Notes: generated by a model from the sequence alone, not told the origin. A DNA stretch of 14,868 nt from Candidatus Diapherotrites archaeon CG10_big_fil_rev_8_21_14_0_10_31_34 (GCA_002763225.1 PFAI01000059.1:1-14868), one strand, 5' to 3'; shown: positions 1 through 8,005, numbered from the stretch's first letter. Numbers and translations are program-made.

Positions 1-666
1 AAAAACTATTTTTTTGTGTCCGGCAGATTTTGCTGCAAGCAATGCGTGAGTTGAAATTCCTTGAGAAACCATGTTAAATACTCCAGCGCACAAGTCTTCT
101 TTTTTCCTGCTTTTTGTTTTTCCAAAATGGGCAACAGAAACATTTTTTTTAAGCAATCCTATTCCTTTTGGATAAACATCTTTTAGCATTAAATCCATTT
201 TTTTCAGGTTTCCTTTTTTTGCACAAGATTCTATTTCTTTAAAATCAGTTTTTTTTGTTAAAAAATAACTTAATCCTAGCAAAGTTCTTCCCCCTATTGC
301 TGTTCCTCCTATGTGTGCGTTTTTTTTTCTTTTAACTGAAACAAAACAGATTCCTGTTCCGGCTGAAGCAGCCAAAAACTCTTTTTGTTTTGATAAAAAT
401 GAAGCTCCTTTTGCTATTGCTTCAATTTCGTTTACCTTGATTATTTTTTTTCCTTGAATTTCTTTTATTTTTATTGAGTTTGCTCCGGTTAAAGCAATTG
501 TTTCTGCGTCAGAAAAAAATTTGTCTGAAAGAAATTCTTGTCTTTGCTTTGAAACACTTTTTTTTGGATTCAAAAAAACTCTTTTCTTTTTTTTGATTTC
601 TTTGTCTTCAATTAACACTGCGTTAAAAGAACTTAATCCTAGATCTGCTGAATACATAAACATCAT
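1..666 (-). CDS. Type II pantothenate kinase-like protein (Fumble/CoaW family, ASKHA fold), 3' end outside window
   Basis: Not in the ORF track; translated by hand from ATG 666 and open to position 1: MMFMYSADLGLSSFN...IALTGA...VNEIEAIAKGA...SAGTG...HIGGTAIGGRTLLGL...KGNLKKMDLMLKDVY...AHFGK...EDLCAGVFNMV. Motif order matches type II PanK. Confidence 0.8.
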   Translation of the reverse strand, partial: MMFMYSADLGLSSFNAVLIEDKEIKKKKRVFLNPKKSVSKQRQEFLSDKFFSDAETIALTGANSIKIKEIQGKKIIKVNEIEAIAKGASFLSKQKEFLAASAGTGICFVSVKRKKNAHIGGTAIGGRTLLGLSYFLTKKTDFKEIESCAKKGNLKKMDLMLKDVYPKGIGLLKKNVSVAHFGKTKSRKKEDLCAGVFNMVSQGISTHALLAAKSAGHKKIVF

Positions 667-699
667 TTTGCAGTATGGGCTTGTCCCGTACTTTTTGTT

Positions 700-719
700 A
701 AACCTTTTGTAAAAGGTTT
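700..719. repeat. Inverted repeat AAACCTTTT-GT-AAAAGGTTT in the tRNA 3' trailer
   Basis: Perfect 9-bp arms (700-708 and 711-719) directly after the tRNA discriminator base. Function unknown. Confidence 0.55.
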
Positions 720-837
720 TGCAGGCGGGAGGATTCGAACCTCCGAAGGCACTAAGCCACTAGGTGTTTTCGAATAAAAATCAAATAACTTATTATTCCC
801 CTAAACCTAGTCCATTTGACCGCTTTGGTACGCCTGC
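720..837 (-). tRNA. tRNA-Leu(TAG) with 34-nt intron at canonical position 37/38; CCA not encoded
   Basis: Acceptor stem GCAGGCG/CGCCTGC plus A73; D arm CCA..TGG; anticodon stem CTAGG/CCTAG with TAG at 803-801; long variable arm GGC-TTAGT-GCC; T arm GGAGG-TTCGAAT-CCTCC. Exons 837-800 and 765-720. Confidence 0.96.
766..799 (-). other. Archaeal tRNA intron with relaxed bulge-helix-bulge motif
   Basis: Intron G-GAATAA-TAAGTTATTTGATTT-TTATTC-GAAA-AC. Bulges are GGG and ACA; the central helix TTTA/GAAA has 3 pairs plus an A-G mismatch; outer stem GAATAA/TTATTC. Removing it restores a 7-nt anticodon loop. Confidence 0.9.
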
Positions 838-1833
838 AATAAGATTTATTGCTTTTATTCTGTCAGGATTTTTAGGTAAATAATTGTTGTCAAGAACGTA
901 TTTTAATCTTTTTATTTGATTTTTCTTTATTTTAAAATCAGTTTGAGGATATTTTTCTTTTATCAAGTATGTTCCGCTGTTTTTGGATTCAATATTTAGT
1001 TTTGCTAGCATTTCTACTAAGTCATTCACTAGCCTTTGACTTCGAAAGGTGCAACCAATTGAATTACCGTGTTTTCCTAGGTCACTGTCAATTAATCCTG
1101 CAAGAAAAGGCACTGCTTCATTTGGTTTAAGTTTTTTTATTGTTTCAGGAATGTGTGCTTTAATGCTTTTCTTTCCAGAAGGCAAACCCATAATTTGAGT
1201 AAAAAATCTGAATATTGCTTTATTTTTTATTGTCAATTCCCAAGCTTGATGCCTGAAACCGAATAAAATTTTTTCTATTTTAAACACTTTTTTCATTAAT
1301 GGAATTATTTTTTCAGTGACAAATATTTCTTTTCCACTGTAATAAATTACTTTATATTCAAAATTTTTTGTTCTCCTTTTTATTATTGGAAGACACCCGT
1401 CGCCCAATATTAATCCTGAGAGATATATAATATCTGGAGAAATTTTGTTTGGAATTTTTACTGTGCTTCCTGTTGTGCTTGAAACGTATTTCAAATTCTT
1501 TGCTATTTCTTTTGTTTCTTTTTCACATTCAAACTGGCGCAAAACAGAAATAGCAATAAGAGGAATTGACGCCCTTCCTAATATCCAATCATTGATAGTC
1601 TTTTTGGATACTTTATAAGGGATTATTTCTGCCCATTTTTCAGTCCAGTTTATTCCAATTTGTTTTTTGAGTTTTTTGTTTATTTGTCTCAATTCGATAT
1701 TTATTTTTAGTGCTTCAAAATTTTTTTTGGCCGGATTATTGCAATATTTGGGAATAATGTTGTATGCTCTTAAACAATGCCTCAATGTTGTGTCTTCTTC
1801 TGAATCATGCAAATCAAATAAATTGAATTCCAT
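793..1833 (-). CDS. Free-standing double-motif LAGLIDADG (DOD/intein-type) endonuclease-like protein with N-terminal HTH
   Basis: Motif 1 YLSGLILGDG, lysine block GLPSGKKS, motif 2 FLAGLIDSD, and XRE-like HTH VSKKTINDWILGRASIP. No intein splicing termini. The last 14 residues (AGVPKRSNGLGLGE) are read from the tRNA 5' exon and the start of the intron. Confidence 0.85.
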   Translation of the reverse strand: MEFNLFDLHDSEEDTTLRHCLRAYNIIPKYCNNPAKKNFEALKINIELRQINKKLKKQIGINWTEKWAEIIPYKVSKKTINDWILGRASIPLIAISVLRQFECEKETKEIAKNLKYVSSTTGSTVKIPNKISPDIIYLSGLILGDGCLPIIKRRTKNFEYKVIYYSGKEIFVTEKIIPLMKKVFKIEKILFGFRHQAWELTIKNKAIFRFFTQIMGLPSGKKSIKAHIPETIKKLKPNEAVPFLAGLIDSDLGKHGNSIGCTFRSQRLVNDLVEMLAKLNIESKNSGTYLIKEKYPQTDFKIKKNQIKRLKYVLDNNYLPKNPDRIKAINLIAGVPKRSNGLGLGE

Positions 1834-1854
1834 GATAAAATGAGTTTTTTCTTT

Positions 1855-1862
1855 TTTATAAA
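1855..1862 (-). promoter_or_regulatory. TATA box of LAGLIDADG gene (leaderless)
   Basis: TTTATAAA ending 21 nt before ATG 1833, similar to the spacing at other genes in this window. Confidence 0.55.
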
Positions 1863-1937
1863 CAATTTGAGGGCAGACTGCCGGTAAAGAGGATTCCCAA
1901 AAGTTTTTATTACAGAGTTTATTGTTTTATAGTTCTG

Positions 1938-1945
1938 TTTAAATA
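1938..1945 (+). promoter_or_regulatory. TATA box of DUF47-pit operon
   Basis: TTTAAATA ending 22 nt before ATG 1968. Confidence 0.6.
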
Positions 1946-1967
1946 TTTTTCTTGAAGCAATTCTTGA

Positions 1968-2608
1968 ATGAAAAGAGTAATTAATTTTTTTATGCCGAAA
2001 GAAGACATTTTTTTTGATTTATTGAAAAATCAGGCAAAAATTGTGTGTGAAACCAGCACTATTTTTGGAAGGTTTTTAAGGGATTTTGATGAGTTAAATG
2101 CAAAACAAAAAAAAAGAAAGTCAGTGAAATAAATGAAATGGAGCATAAAGCAGATGAATTGACTCATGAAATGGTTGCTTTATTGCATAAAAGTTTTATT
2201 ACTCCTATTGACAGGGAAGACATTCACCAGTTAACTGATTTGCTTGATGATTTGGTTGATGTAATTGATGATGTTTCAAATAAAATGATTCAGTATGAAT
2301 TAAAGGAAATTCCGGAAGACTTGTTTGATTTATCTGTTACTGGCTTGAAGTCTTTGAATGAAGTTTTTGAGGCTGTTTCCTGCCTGAAGAACCCTGTTTC
2401 AATTAATGTTCATTTAAGGAGAATCCATGATTTTGAGGATGAAGGAGACAGGATTTACAATAAGGCAATATCTGGTTTGTTTAAAAAAGAAAAAAACGCA
2501 ATTAAGCTGATTAAGTTAAGGGATATTTATGGGGAAATGGAAGACCTTTTGGATAAAAGCCAAAGGGTTGCTATTGTGATTGAAGGCATTGTGGTAAAGC
2601 ATGCTTGA
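1968..2608 (+). pseudogene. DUF47/PhoU-like phosphate transport regulator, split by a 1-nt frameshift at an A9 run (2107-2115)
   Basis: Upstream frame 1968-2132 reads MKRVINFFMPKEDIFFDLLKNQA..., a typical DUF47 N-terminus. Downstream frame reads ...EINEMEHKADEL...FITPIDREDI.... One extra A joins the two. Could be a sequencing error or a slippage site rather than a dead gene. Confidence 0.8.
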
Positions 2609-3608
2609 CCCTTTTATTTTGGTTGCAATAGGAATACTCACTGCCTTGATTTTTGATTTCGGCAACGGATTAAATGATGCTGCTAATGCGATTTCAACTG
2701 TTGTTGCTACACGGGTTTTGTCTTTGCGTTCTGCAGTACTGCTTTCTGCTTTCTTTAATTTTGTTGCTGCATTTGTTTTTTCTGTTGCTGTTGCCGCCAC
2801 AATAGGGAAAGGATTAATTGACTTTGAAGCCGTTACTACAACAATTGTTTTGTCCGGCTTGGTTGGCTCAATTGTTTGGGTTTATTTTTCTTCTTTTATT
2901 GGTTTGCCTGTGTCTGCTTCACATGCTTTAATCGGAGGCCTTGTTGGTTCTGCTTTGGTTGGCGCAGGATTTAATTCTTTGATTGTTTCTGGAATCTTGA
3001 TTGTTTTTGCTTTTATTTTTGTTGCTCCAATCATTGGAATGATTGGTTCTTTCCTGTTTTCTGCTCTGGTTTTAAGGCTTGTCAGGAACACTCCTCCAAG
3101 AAAAGTAAACAATTTGTTTAAAAGGCTTCAGTTGATTTCTGTTTCAGTTTATTCTTTAGGGCACGGAACAAATGACGCACAAAAAACAATGGGCATAATT
3201 TCTTTGATGCTTTTTTCCAGCGGATTTCTTGGAAACGAGTTTTTTGTTCCTTGGTGGGTTATAATTCTTTCTCATACTACTATTGCTTTGGGGACCATTG
3301 CAGGAGGCTGGAGAGTCATAAAAACAATGGGAACAAAAATAACCAAGTTAAGGCCGATTAACGGTTTTTGTGCTGAAACTTCTGGTGCAGGAGTAATAAT
3401 TGCAAGCACTGTTTTTGGAATTCCAGTCAGCACAACCCATGTTGTTTCAGGTGCAATTATGGGGGTTGGCTTAACTAAAAGAACTTCTGCTGTCCATTGG
3501 AGTGTAGCCAGAAACATTGTCTGGGCATGGGTTTTAACTATTCCTGTAACTGCTTTTGTCGGGGCAATAAGCTATTTAATTTTAAATCCAATAATTAATG
3601 CTCTTTAA
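2601..3608 (+). CDS. pit: Inorganic phosphate transporter, PiT/PHO4 family
   Basis: Signature motifs NGLNDAANAIST, PVSASHALIGG, HGTNDAQKTMG and PVSTTHV; hydrophobic; overlaps the DUF47 stop. Confidence 0.95.
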   Translation: MLDPFILVAIGILTALIFDFGNGLNDAANAISTVVATRVLSLRSAVLLSAFFNFVAAFVFSVAVAATIGKGLIDFEAVTTTIVLSGLVGSIVWVYFSSFIGLPVSASHALIGGLVGSALVGAGFNSLIVSGILIVFAFIFVAPIIGMIGSFLFSALVLRLVRNTPPRKVNNLFKRLQLISVSVYSLGHGTNDAQKTMGIISLMLFSSGFLGNEFFVPWWVIILSHTTIALGTIAGGWRVIKTMGTKITKLRPINGFCAETSGAGVIIASTVFGIPVSTTHVVSGAIMGVGLTKRTSAVHWSVARNIVWAWVLTIPVTAFVGAISYLILNPIINAL

Positions 3609-4156
3609 TTTTTTTCCAAAAACGTTTTCAATTTTTCTGCTGCTTTAGCCCTATGCGAAAACTTGTTTTTGCTTTTTCTTGAAAAAAATGCTAAAACTTT
3701 TTTCTTTCCTTTTGGAACAAAAATTTTTTCATAAGCCATTACTTTTTTGTTTTCCAGAAAAACCTTTTCAGTTATTTTTCCATAAAGTTTTCCTTCAAAA
3801 AATTTAGTTTTTTTGCCGTCAAAAAAACAGATTACTGTTTTATAAAAAGCATTTCTTTTTTTTCCTTCAAGTTTCTTTAACAGTCCAGCTAATCCTAATT
3901 TCAGATACTGCCTTTTTGGTTCTGTTCCAGGAAAATTCTTTAATGCAGTGAAATAAATTCCTGTGTCTTCTGCAATCAAAGGCTTTTTGATTTTCTTGAA
4001 TGCCTGTTTTGCTTTTGATTCAGCTATTTTTTCAACTGAATTGCTTTTTGGTTCATGCAGTTCAATGTTAATTTGTTTTAATCTGATTTTTTTTCCAAGC
4101 AGTTTTTTTATTTCCTGTACTTTATGCTTGTTGCCTGTTGCAATAATTAGTTGCAT
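3605..4156 (-). CDS. rdgB: Non-canonical purine NTP pyrophosphatase (RdgB/HAM1 family)
   Basis: ATGNKHK, AEDTG, FPG and SHRAKA motifs. True start taken as ATG 4156 (MQLIIATGN), because the longer track ORF overlaps the divergent gene. Confidence 0.92.
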   Translation of the reverse strand: MQLIIATGNKHKVQEIKKLLGKKIRLKQINIELHEPKSNSVEKIAESKAKQAFKKIKKPLIAEDTGIYFTALKNFPGTEPKRQYLKLGLAGLLKKLEGKKRNAFYKTVICFFDGKKTKFFEGKLYGKITEKVFLENKKVMAYEKIFVPKGKKKVLAFFSRKSKNKFSHRAKAAEKLKTFLEKN

Positions 4157-4176
4157 TAAAGTTTTGTTTTTGTAAA

Positions 4177-4186
4177 TGTTTAAATA
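4177..4186. promoter_or_regulatory. Overlapping bidirectional TATA boxes (rdgB and lipoprotein gene)
   Basis: TTTAAATA (+, 4179-4186) ends 22 nt before ATG 4209; TTTAAACA (-, 4184-4177) ends 20 nt before ATG 4156. Confidence 0.55.
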
Positions 4187-4208
4187 GTTGTTTATACTAT
4201 AATTTAGA

Positions 4209-5192
4209 ATGAATAAAACAGTTTTTGTTTCATTAATTTTTCTAATTATTTTTTCTGGTTGCTTATTACAACCCCAGATTACAATTAAGTCTGCTGTACT
4301 AAATGGAGACTTTATTAAAGTTAATTTGCATTCAAATAAACAAATTAATGCTGAAATACAATTATCTGATGAATCTGATTTAATTTTGTGTTCACAAAAC
4401 ACTGTTTTAAATTCTGGAAACAATGAGGTTCAATTAAAATGTTTTTCTTCTGATTCAAACATTAAAGTAACTGTTTTTGCTGATGGAACAGTTTTTTCCA
4501 ATGATTTGGAATTAGAGTTTGATGAAACTGATATTGAATCCAAAGTGATTTTTTTGGCTGAAACAAAGACTTTTGAAGGAGAAGCATTAAAGGTAATTGA
4601 AAACGGGACAGCAAAACAAAATCAATGCAATGCCCTGGATTATGTTGCCGGAATGAAAGCTTATTTCGGGTTTGCTTCAGTTTATTCTGATTCTTCTTCT
4701 CAGGATTTTATAAACACTCTTGATAATTTAACTTCAGAGCAACTGCAGTTATTGGATGAACAGCTAACTCAAACGAAAAACTGCAATATGTTTATTGAAA
4801 AAGAATTGACTGATTTTGGTGACGGAAAATACAGTGTTTCTTATTCTTGGGTTGGAAAAGGAGACTGTTTTTATGCTGGCCAGACAAGAAGATTTGAATA
4901 CCAGAAAAATGTTGTTGTAATTGAAGTGAATTTAAAGAATAATTCTGCTAAAACAACTTCTGGTGGAATTACTGATAGTTATACTGATGAAGAACAGGCA
5001 AGAAAAATGATTAAAGGATTTGAAGTTCTTGGAGGGTGCTTTAAGGCTTTAATTTTAGGAATCGACCCAATTTCAGGAATTATTTATGAAGAAATTGAAC
5101 CGTCAAAAGCATCTGAAGTTAAAGAAATTCAAATTAATTCAGAAGATTTAAATAAGTCATCCTGGGAAGACTTAAATGCAACAGTTTCTTAA
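4209..5192 (+). CDS. Hypothetical acidic secreted lipoprotein
   Basis: Signal peptide with lipobox-like IIFSG|C; acidic mature region with six further Cys; no family recognised. Confidence 0.75.
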   Translation: MNKTVFVSLIFLIIFSGCLLQPQITIKSAVLNGDFIKVNLHSNKQINAEIQLSDESDLILCSQNTVLNSGNNEVQLKCFSSDSNIKVTVFADGTVFSNDLELEFDETDIESKVIFLAETKTFEGEALKVIENGTAKQNQCNALDYVAGMKAYFGFASVYSDSSSQDFINTLDNLTSEQLQLLDEQLTQTKNCNMFIEKELTDFGDGKYSVSYSWVGKGDCFYAGQTRRFEYQKNVVVIEVNLKNNSAKTTSGGITDSYTDEEQARKMIKGFEVLGGCFKALILGIDPISGIIYEEIEPSKASEVKEIQINSEDLNKSSWEDLNATVS

Positions 5193-5197
5193 AAGTT

Positions 5198-6397
5198 TTA
5201 TTTGCTGTTTTTTTCAATGAATTCTTTTATTAGTTCAGTTCCTTTTTTGATGTTTTCATCTGATGTTGCAAAAGAAAATCTTAAGTGTTCGCCTTCTGAA
5301 AGAATTTTTTTTCCGAAATGAATGTCAGACAAAACCGCAACTTTTATTTCATCCAGTAATCTTAATCTTAATTCTTCTGCAGTTTTTATTCCAGTCATTT
5401 CACATGCTTTAGTTACATTAGGATAAACATAAAATGTTCCTTTTGGGCTTAAGCAACGAAATCCTGGAATTTCATTTAATAATTTGACTATTAAATCTCT
5501 TCTTCTGTGGAATGAATCAGTCATTTTTTTTGCGTCATTTCCTGCTTCATTTAATGCAGCTGCTGCGGCATACTGGTTTACATGCCCTGCACAGGCATTA
5601 GTGTTTATTACCCAAGTAGTAAAATCTTTTGCAAGTTTTTCGTTTATTATATACCCTATTCTCCATCCAGTCATAGCAAAAGTTTTACTTACTCCGGTTG
5701 AAATAATTGTTCTTTCCTGCATTCCTTCTAATGAAGCAATGCTTTCAAATTTTCCTTCAAATAAAATATGCTGGTAAATTTCATCTGAGTAAACCCATAA
5801 ATCGTTGTCTATTGCAATATCTGCAATTCCTTTTAATGATTCTTTAGTTAAAACTCCTCCTGTTGGGTTCTGAGGAGAATTAATTATAATTAATTTAGTT
5901 TTATCTGAAACTTTTTCTTTTAGTTCTTCTAAATCAAAGTTAAAGTTTTTTGATTCCAAAATATTGTATGGAACTGGTGTTGCTCCATGAACTATTGTTT
6001 GTGTGGAATAAATCGGGTAGCCTGGATTAGGGTACATTATTTCGTCTCCTTTACCATAATCAGTTGAAATCATAATTGAATGAGTGATAAAAGGTTTTGC
6101 TCCATTGTCCACTACAACTGAATCAGGGTCAATTTCTATTCCTCTTATTTTTCCTTCATATTCAGCTATTGCTTTTCTTAACTCTGGGATTCCGTTAGAA
6201 GAAGTATACCCTGATTTATTTGAGTCAATTGCTTTTTTTGCTGCGTCTCTAACCACTTTTGGTGCATCAAAATCCGGCTGACCAATACAAAAACTGATTA
6301 TATTCTGCCCTTTGGCAATTCTTTTATTGACTTCTCCTAAAACAACAAAAGCATTTTCTGTTCCAAGGTTTTTTGTTCTATTAGAAATTCCAGCCAT
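5198..6397 (-). CDS. PLP-dependent aminotransferase class I/II (aspartate aminotransferase-like)
   Basis: GQPDF, GYT, NSPQNPTGG, SDEIY and SKTFAMTGWRIGY motifs; SD-like GGATGTGA upstream. Confidence 0.95.
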   Translation of the reverse strand: MAGISNRTKNLGTENAFVVLGEVNKRIAKGQNIISFCIGQPDFDAPKVVRDAAKKAIDSNKSGYTSSNGIPELRKAIAEYEGKIRGIEIDPDSVVVDNGAKPFITHSIMISTDYGKGDEIMYPNPGYPIYSTQTIVHGATPVPYNILESKNFNFDLEELKEKVSDKTKLIIINSPQNPTGGVLTKESLKGIADIAIDNDLWVYSDEIYQHILFEGKFESIASLEGMQERTIISTGVSKTFAMTGWRIGYIINEKLAKDFTTWVINTNACAGHVNQYAAAAALNEAGNDAKKMTDSFHRRRDLIVKLLNEIPGFRCLSPKGTFYVYPNVTKACEMTGIKTAEELRLRLLDEIKVAVLSDIHFGKKILSEGEHLRFSFATSDENIKKGTELIKEFIEKNSK

Positions 6398-6469
6398 TTA
6401 ATCACATCCAAAAAAGTTCATAATTTTTCATAAAAAAGAAAGTGCAAAAGAATTTAAATGGTTTGTGGT

Positions 6470-8005
6470 TCATTTGTAAATCGATTCAACAATCTCCTTT
6501 TTTAATCCAGGGAATTGTGCTAACCATTGTTTTCTTTCTTCTAAAAGTTTATTGACTTTTTCTTCGAATTCTTCTTTTGAGTAATAGTTTGCAGGATCAA
6601 ATTCTGAGAAATCAATTCCTTCAATTCCTTTTGGCACTAAATAATTCCAGTTAGAATCTTTTTTCCATTCGATTTTTCCTTGTGCAATAAATTTCATTAT
6701 GTCAGTTGAAAGTTTAATGCTGATGTTTTTTCCTTTTTCAAATCCGGTTCTTCCGATTCCCCCGGTGTTCATTACAAAGCATTCAATGTCTTTATTGTTT
6801 TTGAGTATTTCATACAACCTGTTTCCTTCGTCTTCTTCTTTTCCTGTAATAAAAGGATTTGTTCCGACTTCTCTTTTTGACTGTCCTGCTTTTGTTGGGT
6901 CTCCTGCAGAAGTTTCAATGCTTTCTCCTAACATGAAATATGCTGCAGCCTGTTCTGGAGTTAGTTTTGCTATTACAGGAACAATGTCTTCTCTTCTTGT
7001 AATAAAAATTATTTTGTGTGCTTTTTCTAAGTCAATTTCTTTTTCTGCTCCTTCAACTGAATCTCTTGGCAAAACTCCTCTGCCGTTTGCTGTTAATTCT
7101 AAGTTTTTGAAATCAACTTTTCCGTTTTCACTTACTTTAACGTTTTCAAAAATAGCAGTTGGTTTTACTGATGCTTCATACAAAACTTTTTGGCTTTCAT
7201 CTAATCCTTCTGTTTTAATGAAAAAACCAAATTCTGTTCCTGCACAAAAACCTTTTTCATCCATAAAAACTACATCATCCTGTCTTATGCTGACCCCTTC
7301 TTCGCCAGTTAATTCATGATTATGAATTGTTAAAGTGGTTTTTCCTGTCCCACTTAATCCAAACATAATAAATCCAACTTCCTGTAATTCGTTGTTTTTG
7401 TTTTTGACTTTCAATAGTTTGCTTCCTGCATGTAATCCTAATCCTTTTGTTTTTTCTTTATGAAATAACATTCCCATTCTCAGAAAAGATTTTTTTACTT
7501 CTCCAAAGTAATCTGAACCCAGACAAAAAGTGATTTTTTGTTTTGGATAACAAAAGATTTTTGTTTCAGGCCATTCAGGGACATGGATTGAAATCATTTC
7601 AGGTTCTTTTTCTTTTGAAGGATAAAGCATGTAATTCCACATAAAAGCCAGTTTTGCCTGTTCTTTTGAAACATAAAGCCTGCACTCAATTTCATTTTTT
7701 GGGTTAAGACACATTGTTTTATTTATTTGAATTAATTCTTTGTCGTTTAAGTATTCAAAAACTTTTTCTGCTAATTCTTCTGCTTCTTTTTCTTTTATCG
7801 GCGTTTGTTTTATTCCTAATTTTATTTCAGGTACAATAAAAGTTTTTTTTGCGCTCCTGTTCCTGATTTTTGTTACATAAGAAGCAGAGCCAAATTCTGT
7901 TGTTGTTTCCATTGGCTTGGCTATTTCCCTTAATTCTTCCGGTGAAATGTTTTTGATTATTTTGCAGTTTTCTTCAAGTTTTTTTATTACAGTTTTTTTA
8001 TCCAT
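6470..8005 (-). CDS. pckA: Phosphoenolpyruvate carboxykinase (ATP)
   Basis: YFGEVKK, LHAG, P-loop FGLSGTGKTTL, QDD, FENV, NGR and NPF motifs; SD GGAGG upstream. Confidence 0.92.
   Translation of the reverse strand: MDKKTVIKKLEENCKIIKNISPEELREIAKPMETTTEFGSASYVTKIRNRSAKKTFIVPEIKLGIKQTPIKEKEAEELAEKVFEYLNDKELIQINKTMCLNPKNEIECRLYVSKEQAKLAFMWNYMLYPSKEKEPEMISIHVPEWPETKIFCYPKQKITFCLGSDYFGEVKKSFLRMGMLFHKEKTKGLGLHAGSKLLKVKNKNNELQEVGFIMFGLSGTGKTTLTIHNHELTGEEGVSIRQDDVVFMDEKGFCAGTEFGFFIKTEGLDESQKVLYEASVKPTAIFENVKVSENGKVDFKNLELTANGRGVLPRDSVEGAEKEIDLEKAHKIIFITRREDIVPVIAKLTPEQAAAYFMLGESIETSAGDPTKAGQSKREVGTNPFITGKEEDEGNRLYEILKNNKDIECFVMNTGGIGRTGFEKGKNISIKLSTDIMKFIAQGKIEWKKDSNWNYLVPKGIEGIDFSEFDPANYYSKEEFEEKVNKLLEERKQWLAQFPGLKKEIVESIYK

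Noticed and set aside
521..712. 63-aa plus-strand ORF
   Set aside because: Antisense shadow of the PanK-like gene; TTG start and no motifs.
793..1833. Endonuclease as part of an intein or encoded within the tRNA intron
   Set aside because: No splicing residues or flanking extein; the tRNA is complete with only a 34-nt intron, and no second 5' exon was found upstream.
4157..4423. N-terminal extension of the rdgB ORF
   Set aside because: Antisense to the lipoprotein gene; family similarity and TATA spacing point to ATG 4156.
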